DNA of 64,000 bases from Armatimonadota bacterium. GTDB lineage: Bacteria > Armatimonadota > UBA5829 > DTLH01. Positions 9,057 to 17,715 of the stretch are shown one piece after another. Under the pieces are notes generated by a model. It was not told the DNA's origin. It worked only from the letters and a program-made list of their open reading frames with translations, and did no database searches. The stretch covers positions 1-64,000 of the forward strand of contig JBDKUN010000021.1 of assembly GCA_039679675.1 (NCBI GenBank), given 5' to 3'. Both the position numbers and the translations under genes were made by a program. Numbering within the stretch: position 1 is the first letter of the stretch; each line of letters opens with the position of its first letter.

Positions 9057-9881
9057 ATGGAAATCGGCGCATTCTCAATCATTCTTGTGCTTGCCCTGGC
9101 GGCTGGGCTGATAGGCGGTATGCTCGGTCTGGGCGGGGGGATCATCCTCGTCCCTGGACTGACGCTTCTGCTCGGCTACGACGTCAAAGTGGCGGCAGCA
9201 GCAAGCCTTGTGACCGTGATAGCGACATCCACGGCATCGGCGACAGTCTATGTGTCCCAGCGGCTCACGAACATCCGGCTTGGGATGCTCTTGGAGATCG
9301 CCACTACGCTCGGCGCGCTTGTCGGCGGGGTCATCGCGGTCTATATCAGCGGGAAGTATATCTTTTTCATATTCGCCGCTGTGCTTATATACGCAGGCGC
9401 AAACATGTTGAGAGTACAAAGGAGCCGGTCTGAGCCATCTTCAGATGAGCCGCTTTCCAGGCTAGACAGCAGCTATACCGACCCCATGAGCGGGAAAGTT
9501 GTCAATTACCGTGTGAAAAATGTCCCGGCAGGAATGGCAGGCAGCCTGATCGCGGGGATTATCTCCGGGATGCTGGGAATCGGCGGAGGCATCATCAAGG
9601 TTCCGCTGATGAACCTGGTCATGCGCATCCCCATGAGGGCTGCAATCGCCACAAGCAACTTTATGATAGGTGTCACGGCTGCAGCCGGAGCTCTGGTCTT
9701 CTGGGCAAACGGCAAAGTCGATCCGGCTGTTGCTGCACCGTGCGTCATAGGTGTGCTGATCGGCGCCAGATTGGGCACCAGAGTCGGCAGCAGGGTACCC
9801 TCGCGCGCACTCAAGATCGGGTTCGCTATATTCGTAGTAATCACAGCGGCACAGATGATGCAGAAAGGCTTTTCGCTATGA
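9057..9881 (+). CDS. TauE/SafE family sulfite exporter
   Basis: Two GMLGxGGG repeats, ATSNFMIGVTA. Confidence 0.9.
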   Translation: MEIGAFSIILVLALAAGLIGGMLGLGGGIILVPGLTLLLGYDVKVAAAASLVTVIATSTASATVYVSQRLTNIRLGMLLEIATTLGALVGGVIAVYISGKYIFFIFAAVLIYAGANMLRVQRSRSEPSSDEPLSRLDSSYTDPMSGKVVNYRVKNVPAGMAGSLIAGIISGMLGIGGGIIKVPLMNLVMRIPMRAAIATSNFMIGVTAAAGALVFWANGKVDPAVAAPCVIGVLIGARLGTRVGSRVPSRALKIGFAIFVVITAAQMMQKGFSL

Positions 9882-10228
9882 GAGCAGACGTCAACAGATA
9901 TGTGGAAGTCGTGCTGACCACCGGAGTTATCCTGAGTCTAGTCATTCTGGCATTCGGATCTGTCCTGCTTATGGCAAAACCTGCGCCGGTGGGAGTTCCG
10001 GGGTCTATTTTGGACATCCTGAAAGGTGTAATAAGGCTGAATCCGTCCGCGATAATCAATCTGGGGCTTTTAGTGCTGCTGCTGACGCCTGTTGTGCGGG
10101 TCATCACCGCGATGATCGCCTTCTTTGCGGAAAAAGACAGAAAATTCGCGCTCGTCTCGCTTACAGTGCTCGTTATCCTGATTGTCTCCGCTCTGTGGGG
10201 AATACTCAGCAGGATTTTACATATCTGA
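9878..10228 (+). CDS. DUF1634 family membrane protein
   Basis: GLLVLLLTPVVRV..F..EKDR; ATGA overlap with the tauE-like gene, its usual partner. Confidence 0.85.
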   Translation: MRADVNRYVEVVLTTGVILSLVILAFGSVLLMAKPAPVGVPGSILDILKGVIRLNPSAIINLGLLVLLLTPVVRVITAMIAFFAEKDRKFALVSLTVLVILIVSALWGILSRILHI

Positions 10229-10263
10229 AAGCTAAGAATAGCATAAAGAAAGGATATTTTTGC

Positions 10264-10842
10264 ATGAAACTGACTTCAATTGGCGCGGTCAAGACGCGCG
10301 TTAACACGAAGAGCATTCTTCTCGTATTCGGGTTTGCACTTCTTTCGGCTGTAGCGGCAAGAACGAGATTTTGTCTGCCATATATACTCATCCCGATAAC
10401 ACTTCAGACGATGGTCGCAGCCCTCGCCGGAATGATACTCGGCAAGAAGCTGGGAGCGCTCAGCCAAGCTCAGTATCTGGTAATGGGGCTTGCGGGAGCG
10501 CCCGTATTTACATATCCTCCGTTCGGCGGACCGGCGATGTTTTTGTCTCCGACCTTCGGCTATATCCCCGGCTTCATACTCGGAGCTTATGTGGCAGGTC
10601 TGGCCTGGGAAAAACTTGGGCGTAGAGGTATGAAAAGCGCGACCATCTCTGCAACACTCGGCATAGCATCTATCTATATAATCGGGGTTCCGTGGTTCGC
10701 GGGTTATCTGTTGGTAACTACAGGCCAGCCTGCATCCGTATGTGTAGCCCAGGCGTGGCTCACAGGACTTGCACCGTTCGTAGGAGCTGAAGTCTTCAAA
10801 GTCATCACCGCTGCGGCTATTGCTTCGAAATCAAGGATATAG
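10264..10842 (+). CDS. bioY: Biotin transporter BioY
   Basis: PITLQT, GLAGAPVF, PTFGYIPGF. Confidence 0.9.
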   Translation: MKLTSIGAVKTRVNTKSILLVFGFALLSAVAARTRFCLPYILIPITLQTMVAALAGMILGKKLGALSQAQYLVMGLAGAPVFTYPPFGGPAMFLSPTFGYIPGFILGAYVAGLAWEKLGRRGMKSATISATLGIASIYIIGVPWFAGYLLVTTGQPASVCVAQAWLTGLAPFVGAEVFKVITAAAIASKSRI

Positions 10843-10871
10843 GATTTCGAAAAAATAGTGGAAACTTGATA

Positions 10872-10985
10872 GGCCGGGGGTTCAAAGCCCCGGCCTTTGT
10901 TTCACGGGCATCCATGCCCGCTACTACTCATGGGACATGGATGTCCAAAAGAAAAAAGGACCTGGGCATGGATCCCCAGGTCCAT
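10872..10985. repeat. Terminator-like hairpin plus cluster of gggcatccatgccc-type palindromes (module E) between convergent genes
   Basis: ggccgggg..ccccggcc-tttgttt; cgggcatccatgcccg; ggacctggg..cccaggtcc; related palindromes at 39310-39360. Confidence 0.7.
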
Positions 10986-11013
10986 CGATTCAACCAAATC
11001 AGCCAACGGCTAA

Positions 11014-11799
11014 TTACTTCATCTCTTGCCCGCCAGTGACGTTTATCGCCTGGCCGGTCATATAGTTCGCTTCTTCTGAGGCAAGAAATACAACGACGTT
11101 AGCGATGTCACCATAGGCACATCCGCGGCCAAGCGGGACTTGGTCGAGATACTTCTGCCGCACCTTTTCGACAGTCGTATTGAAGCGCTTCGCATACTGC
11201 TCATAAAGGCTATCGACCCAGAGAGGCGAGTCGAGCAGGTTGCCGGGACAAACGGAGTTGACTCTAACGCCATACGGCGCGAGCTCCAGCGCCAGGCTCT
11301 GGGTAAGCCCGATCCCTCCGAACTTGCTTGCTGCATAAGCGGAGTTTCTGAAACTGCCCTTCTTGCCGGACTTGGAGTTGATCTGAACGATGACACCGCT
11401 CTTCTGCTCTATCATGATCTTCGCGGCCTCGCGCGCGCAGATAAAATAGCCGACCAGGTTGACGTCTACAACTTTCCGCCACTTGGCTACATCGAACTCG
11501 GTCACTTCGCCGGATATGAGTATTCCGGCATTCGACACGAGTACATCCAGCCGCCCGAAGGTATCTATAATACGCTTGAACCCAGCAGCAGCACTGCCTT
11601 CATCGGTGACATCCATCTTGATACCGAGCGATTTGACGCCATATTCCTTTGCCAGTCTCTCCGCTTCGGCCACTGCCCCACTCTCGTTAATATCGCAGAC
11701 AACGACATTCGCGCCTTCCTTAGCAAGACGCTCCGATAATGCCTGTCCAAGCCCTTGTGCGCCGCCCGTAACCAGAGCGACCTTATCAGCTAATCGCAT
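11014..11799 (-). CDS. srlD: Sorbitol-6-phosphate 2-dehydrogenase (SDR)
   Basis: TGGAQGLG, QINSKSGKKGS..NSAYAASKFGG, GNLLDSPLW, GQAINVTGGQEM. Confidence 0.85.
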   Translation of the reverse strand: MRLADKVALVTGGAQGLGQALSERLAKEGANVVVCDINESGAVAEAERLAKEYGVKSLGIKMDVTDEGSAAAGFKRIIDTFGRLDVLVSNAGILISGEVTEFDVAKWRKVVDVNLVGYFICAREAAKIMIEQKSGVIVQINSKSGKKGSFRNSAYAASKFGGIGLTQSLALELAPYGVRVNSVCPGNLLDSPLWVDSLYEQYAKRFNTTVEKVRQKYLDQVPLGRGCAYGDIANVVVFLASEEANYMTGQAINVTGGQEMK

Positions 11800-11822
11800 A
11801 ATACCTCCATTTTTAGTTTCTG

Positions 11823-12284
11823 TTACTCCCTACCTGCCTCGGCTCTCCGGCGTTCGCGATCGGTGTCACGTTCCGCGATGGACTGCCGTTTATCATAGAG
11901 CTTTTTTCCACGCCCTATGCCTATCTGCATCTTGACGAAACCCCGGTCAAAGTAAATCTTCAGAGGAATGATCGTAAGACCCTTCTGCTCCGACTTCGCC
12001 TTTAGCTGATGGATTTCGTCCTTTCTGAGCAAAAGTTTCCTCGCACGCTTGGAATCCACAGACCAGCGGTTGGCGAACTCGTAGGGCGCGATGTACATAT
12101 TGTGCACCCAGGCTTCACCGTTTTCGATGCGGCAGAAGCTGTCCTGCAGGTTGGCCTTACCGGCGCGGATTGATTTGACCTCGGTGCCGACGAGCGCAAT
12201 CCCGGCTTCGTAGGTTTCTTCTATCGTATATTCATGCCAAGCCTTCCGGTTGGCTATGCTGACGCTTTTATGTGTCTTCTCCAT
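11823..12284 (-). CDS. smpB: SsrA-binding protein
   Basis: NRKAWHEY, EAGIALVGTEVKSIR, GKKLYDKR. Confidence 0.97.
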   Translation of the reverse strand: MEKTHKSVSIANRKAWHEYTIEETYEAGIALVGTEVKSIRAGKANLQDSFCRIENGEAWVHNMYIAPYEFANRWSVDSKRARKLLLRKDEIHQLKAKSEQKGLTIIPLKIYFDRGFVKMQIGIGRGKKLYDKRQSIAERDTDRERRRAEAGRE

Positions 12285-12346
12285 AATAACTAATATTATA
12301 GCAGTTTTTGACCCATAGCTGCCTTATTCTTTTATTGTAAAAGCTG

Positions 12347-12868
12347 ATGCATATGGTAAAATACAGTGTAATTGCTCAGTTGTTGTGGGTGGTCAAACCA
12401 GTGAATTGTACTCAAGGAACAAAAACAAACAAAGAATCTGCAATAACGTTTTCTTCCATTTTCCTCGAACGGACGGATTCCATTATAGCGCAGATAATCA
12501 GATTCGGTATGGTAGGCGCAGTGTCAACAACTGCCGACGCTTCGCTTCTATTTATCCTCACGCATTACCTGGGGCTGTCTTACTTGATTTCTGCAGCTTT
12601 CGGTTTTACCCTGGGTATCATCATATGCTATGTCATAAGTATCAACTGGGTTTTTGCCTCGCGTTCATTAGGCAGCCGCCACGTTGAGTTTATAGCATTT
12701 TTTGTGATAGGCATAATCGGGTTTGCCTTGACGGAGCTCATACTGTACACGAGCGTAGAGGCATTGCATTTGCATTACATGGTAGGAAAAGCCATCGCAG
12801 TCGTTCTCGTGTTTGCCTGGAACTACGGCGCGCGGCGAGTATTGCTGTTCCGTAAAAGTGAAAATTGA
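12347..12868 (+). CDS. GtrA family membrane protein (true start may be downstream)
   Basis: RFGMVG..T..D, WVF, K.IA...V..WNY. Confidence 0.85.
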   Translation: MHMVKYSVIAQLLWVVKPVNCTQGTKTNKESAITFSSIFLERTDSIIAQIIRFGMVGAVSTTADASLLFILTHYLGLSYLISAAFGFTLGIIICYVISINWVFASRSLGSRHVEFIAFFVIGIIGFALTELILYTSVEALHLHYMVGKAIAVVLVFAWNYGARRVLLFRKSEN

Positions 12869-12925
12869 GCATTACTTTTCGCGTCTCCGTGGTTCAAAAG
12901 ATGACTACTGAAAGCTGCCAGTTCC

Positions 12926-14077
12926 TTACAGCGGATTTACAGGCTTACCGTTGATGCGCTTCTCAAAGTGGCAATGCGGTCCGGTGCTCCATCCGGTGCT
13001 TCCGGAGCGAGCGATTATAGTCCCACGCTTTACATGCTGGCCTGTATGGACGAGAAGTCTGGAATTGTGGCCGTAGAGAGTCGATACACCGCCTCCATGA
13101 TCAATGACGACTGCGTAACCATATGCACCCATCCATCCGGCCATAATGACTTCTCCATCAGCGGCTGCCTTGATCTGAGAACCGGAAGGACATGCGATAT
13201 CGACTCCGGTGTGCAGCGACCTGTTCCCCGTCACAGGATGGATGCGGTATCCGAACCTGGATGTGAACCGCCCGCTGACAGGAAGCATCAACCCGCCGAC
13301 GAATTTCCCGCTATAGTGCCCCGTGCTTCGTCTTGATGCCTGGTAACGTTGGATGGAAGCAGCGATCTCCTCGGACTTCGCCATGAGTTCAGCCAGCGCT
13401 CGCTCATAAAGCTCGCGGTCCTGCTCGATTGCGTTAAGCTGGGCAGATTCATCCTCGGCCAGACCGGAAACATCGTCCCGCTGCTGGATCAACTGAGACT
13501 GGAGGCTTGCTATCAGCTTGACCTCTTTAGCCTGAGCTCTTTTGTCTCTTTCGATCTGAGCTTTGTCCTTCTTGTACTGATTGATCAGCTCAACATCACT
13601 CGACACTATCTGTTCAATATAGTATCGCCGCGACAGAAAAGTCTTCATGTCGCGGGAGCCCAACATAACTTCCAAATAGCTGACGTCTTCGCCTTCATAA
13701 ATATCCGAAATCCGGCCGGACAGGAGCTTTCCACGGCGTTCAAGCTGCCGCTCTGTCCTCGCAAGCCGGTTGTTGATTACCTTCAGCTTACTCTGCGCGT
13801 TATTTAGGCTTATCTTATTTCTGATAACCTTCGATTGAGCTGTCTCCAGATTGCGCTGCGTGCTTATAAGCTGATCTGTCACGTTCTTTTGCTGGATCTT
13901 CGTTTGTTTCAGGCGGGCCCGCATGTCTTTTATTCGGGTGTTGACGGTGTGCAGGTCTCTTTTAAGCGCCTTGGTGGATCGCCGTGCGGGTTTTGCTTCG
14001 ATGACTAGCGGTGACGAAGCAACTACAAGAAATACAGCTATAATTGATAACAAAATTACTCTGAATAAAGACCGCAA
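12926..14077 (-). CDS. Coiled-coil plus M23 peptidase (EnvC/CwlO-like FtsEX partner)
   Basis: Signal peptide, long coiled coil, HTGVD, STGPHCHFE with intact Zn ligands; downstream of ftsEX. Confidence 0.9.
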   Translation of the reverse strand: MRSLFRVILLSIIAVFLVVASSPLVIEAKPARRSTKALKRDLHTVNTRIKDMRARLKQTKIQQKNVTDQLISTQRNLETAQSKVIRNKISLNNAQSKLKVINNRLARTERQLERRGKLLSGRISDIYEGEDVSYLEVMLGSRDMKTFLSRRYYIEQIVSSDVELINQYKKDKAQIERDKRAQAKEVKLIASLQSQLIQQRDDVSGLAEDESAQLNAIEQDRELYERALAELMAKSEEIAASIQRYQASRRSTGHYSGKFVGGLMLPVSGRFTSRFGYRIHPVTGNRSLHTGVDIACPSGSQIKAAADGEVIMAGWMGAYGYAVVIDHGGGVSTLYGHNSRLLVHTGQHVKRGTIIARSGSTGWSTGPHCHFEKRINGKPVNPL

Positions 14078-14110
14078 GCTTTCACACCACCCGAAGAATT
14101 GATGAAGCCG

Positions 14111-14995
14111 TTATATTTTGAGGAATCGCCTGATAGACACCATACTGCCGAGTGCGCCGATTGCGGCGCCAGTCAGGACGATGAACATCGTAAACTGCAA
14201 ATGGCCTACACTGGGAGCCATTGTGCGTATTGTGGGAGATATGTGTCTCCACATTAAATTGGATGCGTAGCCGGACCCAGCCGCTATCAGTCCACCGGCA
14301 ATCAGTGCGCCGAGCATGCCGAGCACTATACCCTCAAGCACCAGAGGAATCCTGATAAACCAGTTAGTGGCCCCTACAAGCTGCATTATCCTGATCTCGT
14401 GGCGTCTGGCAAACAGGGTCAACCTGATTGCATTACTGATGATAAAAACCGTAGTCAGGCAAAGAACGATAGCGCCAACGATTCCCAGCGCCTTAACGAG
14501 ATCGGCTACAGCTCTTACATGCCGGTAATCTTCTTCAGCGTTTCCAACTTTGTCGACACCATTGATCTTTCCGATCTGTTCGGCCAGTTCTGACACTCTA
14601 TGCGGATCCTTCGCCGTAACATCTATCCTGTAAGGCAGAGGGTTGCCGACGACACCGCCCAGGTCCATATCCGGACTGATCTGGTGTTTGAACCCTGCCC
14701 ATTCTTTATCTCTGGAGAGAAGTTCGGCACTTCCAGTAAGCTGAAGATCATTTATAGCGTTGCGCACATCTTCAGCCTGCTTTACGGTTGCGTCGCGAGA
14801 AACAAAGGCCGCAATCTGGAACTGGGCCAGCTCACCTTCGACAAAGCGATGGCTGGAAATGGCGATAAGCAAAAATGCTCCCAATATGGCAAGGGACAGC
14901 GCAGCAGTCGTGATGGCGGCTACGGCCATAATGCCGTTTCGCCATATCCCGATGAACGCTTCCTGTACTAGATATTCAAGACTCCGCAGTTTCAA
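14111..14995 (-). CDS. ftsX: Cell division permease FtsX
   Basis: ISNAIRLTLFARRHEIRIMQLVGAT.WFIR.P..LEG; probable TTG start at 14995. Confidence 0.95.
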   Translation of the reverse strand: MKLRSLEYLVQEAFIGIWRNGIMAVAAITTAALSLAILGAFLLIAISSHRFVEGELAQFQIAAFVSRDATVKQAEDVRNAINDLQLTGSAELLSRDKEWAGFKHQISPDMDLGGVVGNPLPYRIDVTAKDPHRVSELAEQIGKINGVDKVGNAEEDYRHVRAVADLVKALGIVGAIVLCLTTVFIISNAIRLTLFARRHEIRIMQLVGATNWFIRIPLVLEGIVLGMLGALIAGGLIAAGSGYASNLMWRHISPTIRTMAPSVGHLQFTMFIVLTGAAIGALGSMVSIRRFLKI

Positions 14996-15701
14996 CGTTA
15001 CAAAGACTTTCTGATTCCGAACCGGCGCTGTAGGCGCCTTTATCTTCATCTCTTACCATCCTGCCGGCTCCAAGCTCCACAACCCGGCGCATCATCCGGT
15101 CTACTATCTGGTTATCATGGGTCGCCACAAGCACCGTGGTGCCTCTCGCATTGATTCTTGAAAGGATTTGGACGATCCCCCACGACGTATCGGGGTCCAG
15201 GTTGCCGGTAGGCTCATCGGCGATCAGGATTGGAGGGTTATTGACAAGTGCACGAGCTATCGCGGCGCGCTGCTGTTCTCCGCCGGAAAGCTCTGCCGGG
15301 AATGAGTCGCACCTGTGCATCATTCCCACAAGATCGAGTGCTTCGGATATGCGTTTCCTCATCTCTCTTCTGGGTACACCTATAACTCTTAGAACAAAAG
15401 CAAGGTTCTCCCAGACAGTCTTCCTCGGCAGGAGCTTGAAGTCCTGAAATACCACTCCAAGCCGCCGCCTGAGATAAGGAATATCTCCCACTGCAAGCGA
15501 TGTAACATCCTGTCCGGCAACGAACACATTGCCCTCGGACGGAACAAGCTCCCTGTACAACAGCTTTAGGAGTGTCGACTTGCCGCTGCCGCTCGTGCCG
15601 ACGAGAAACACAAAGTCACCCCGTCCTACGCGTAAGCTAACATGCGATAGTGCCTGCACGCCGTTCGGGTAGACCAAAGAGACATCACATAGTTCAATCA
15701 T
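14976..15701 (-). CDS. ftsE: Cell division ATP-binding protein FtsE
   Basis: GTSGSGKST, VVFQDFKLL, LSGGEQQR, ADEPTGNLDP. Confidence 0.95.
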   Translation of the reverse strand: MIELCDVSLVYPNGVQALSHVSLRVGRGDFVFLVGTSGSGKSTLLKLLYRELVPSEGNVFVAGQDVTSLAVGDIPYLRRRLGVVFQDFKLLPRKTVWENLAFVLRVIGVPRREMRKRISEALDLVGMMHRCDSFPAELSGGEQQRAAIARALVNNPPILIADEPTGNLDPDTSWGIVQILSRINARGTTVLVATHDNQIVDRMMRRVVELGAGRMVRDEDKGAYSAGSESESLCNVETAES

Positions 15702-15844
15702 TTTGCTCAAGGTCTCCCATAGTTTCACATATCCGTGAAGCTCCAAAAAATAAAGTGCCGTCTCTCAGCACTGATGTTAATTATACCTGAACAGTGAATT
15801 CAACGCAAACCAAAGAGTTCAGAGATAACATCATTCCGGGCTGC

Positions 15845-15915
15845 CACAACGTCATTCCGAGCTTGACTCGGAATCCAGGAAAAACTGGACCCTGAATCAA
15901 GTTCAGGGTGACGTG
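15845..15915. repeat. REP-like double-hairpin module A, copy 1
   Basis: gtcattccgagcttgactcggaatccag..accctgaatcaagttcagggtgac; related copies at 17401 and 45014. Confidence 0.85.
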
Positions 15916-16074
15916 CTGATTGTTCAGAATGGTATATAATTCTTATCAAGAGTGAATTGTTACCGCAAACCAAGTTTACCGGGCTGTGATGAGCGTGATA
16001 TAATCGTTTATGGCTGAATTGTTCATTCTTCGGCCAAATGTGCGATTTACACCCGCACCGGGTATCAACTACTG

Positions 16075-17151
16075 ATGAGACTCTTAGATAAATACGCCAT
16101 AAAAGAGATGGTAGTTCCAACACTGGCAGGAATGCTGGTGATTATCATAATGATGCTCGGAAACTTCCTCTTTTATCATATACATGAGCTGTTCCACCGG
16201 GCGGACTTCATCGATATTGTGAAACTGCTCCTTTTGACCATTCCGTCGTCTGCGTGGATGATCCTGCCATCCGGCGCGCTTTTCGGGTGCGCGCTCGCCG
16301 TCACCAGGCTTGCCAGAGACTCCGAGATTACAATGATGCGAATGGCCGGGATCAGCGCGAGGAGAATATTCCTGCCCATTTTCATAGTCGGGATTCTGCT
16401 CTCCGGGGTACATTACCTGGTGCAGGAAAAAGTCGCTCCCTGGGCTGAGACCAAAAGCAAGGACATCATAAACCGGATATTGTGCATGCCCGGCGCACCC
16501 TCGATCCAGGAGAATGTCTTTTTCAATTCGGAAAACTACTGGTTCTACGTGCAGAGGGTGGAGAAAAAGGGCAACAAATCGATCCTTCACAAGGTCATGG
16601 TATATGAACTGGATCCCGGAGACGAGTATCCTGAGATTACCACTGCTGAAACAGCCGTTCAGGAGGGTAATATCTGGATATTGAAGAACGGAATATCCCG
16701 CAAGACCGGAAACGACGGCTTCATCCGCTACGAGGAGAAGTTCGACGAAGGCAAATTGGACCTGAGGAGCAGCATCTCCAGCTTGTGGAACAATCAAAAG
16801 AGCGCTGAGGAAATGACTGCATCCGAACTCGGAAAGCATATTCAGATTATGCAGTCGAGCAATAGTCCTGTCACCTCGAACTGGAAGACGAACTATTATT
16901 TCAAGCTGTCTATACCGCTTTCATGCTTTCTTATAATGCTCTGCGCTGCGCCGCTCGCTCTTAAATACGGCCGCACCGGCGGATTCACTGGCATATTGAT
17001 GGGAATACTTGTCCTGGCGCTTTACTGGAACGTAATTGTCTTCGGAAAGCTTCTTGGTTCCGTTGCAATACTGCCGCCGGCAGTCGCCGGGTGGTCGGAA
17101 GTAGTGATCTTCATGGTCGCAGGAGCCATTCTGCTCTGGAAAGCGGAGTAA
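16075..17151 (+). CDS. LptF/LptG family LPS export permease
   Basis: MRLLDKY, LARDSEITMMRMAGIS, EEMT..EL, K.SIPLSC; three-TM, periplasmic, three-TM layout. Confidence 0.92.
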   Translation: MRLLDKYAIKEMVVPTLAGMLVIIIMMLGNFLFYHIHELFHRADFIDIVKLLLLTIPSSAWMILPSGALFGCALAVTRLARDSEITMMRMAGISARRIFLPIFIVGILLSGVHYLVQEKVAPWAETKSKDIINRILCMPGAPSIQENVFFNSENYWFYVQRVEKKGNKSILHKVMVYELDPGDEYPEITTAETAVQEGNIWILKNGISRKTGNDGFIRYEEKFDEGKLDLRSSISSLWNNQKSAEEMTASELGKHIQIMQSSNSPVTSNWKTNYYFKLSIPLSCFLIMLCAAPLALKYGRTGGFTGILMGILVLALYWNVIVFGKLLGSVAILPPAVAGWSEVVIFMVAGAILLWKAE

Positions 17152-17154
17152 TGC

Positions 17155-17715
17155 GTTAGATGAGCCGTCAGCCTTCAGCCGCCAGCTTTCAGGTTTGTAA
17201 TCGCGAAGGATGCGAAAACGCGCGAAAGACGCGAAAAAGGATTTTCCTATGCTTCGGAACCGCAGTTCGTCCCGGAGCACGAGTCTCCACAAATCTGGGA
17301 TACCCGCTTCGGCAGCAAGCGACTCAAGGCAAGCAGGAACCTTCGACGCCTGCGGCGTCGGCTTCGGCAGCAAGCAGTCCGAAGCAAAAGAATACCCGCA
17401 ACGTCATGCTGAACTTGATTCAGCATCCAGGAAAAAAATGGGCTCTGAATCAAGTCCAAGGTGACATATTTCCTATGCTTCGGGACCGCAGTCCGTCCTC
17501 CCCAGTGGACCTACCGGACCACATGGAGAAGCACAGGAATCTCCACAAATTTAAAAAGCTGTCTTCGGCGCAAAATACGCGCGCCGAAGCATATCAGCAG
17601 TCCGAAGCAGGCAAACACCTTCGACGCCTATGGCGTCGGCTTCGGCAGCAAGCAGCCCGAAGCAAAAAAACCGCTTTTCTTTCTGTTCCCTGTTCACTGT
17701 TCACTATTCCCTTTG
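17155..17715. repeat. Mosaic of palindromic modules (B, C, A, B with insert, C) and heptamer repeats
   Basis: B 17244-17294 and 17470-17550; C 17342-17387 and 17620-17665; A 17401-17467; each also found elsewhere in the window. Confidence 0.85.

Noticed and set aside
11800..12346. tmRNA next to smpB
   Set aside because: No tRNA-like ends or room for ssrA; no tRNA or rRNA genes were recognised anywhere in the window
17155..17715. CRISPR array
   Set aside because: The repeats are heterogeneous palindromic modules without constant repeat/spacer periodicity, and there are no cas genes
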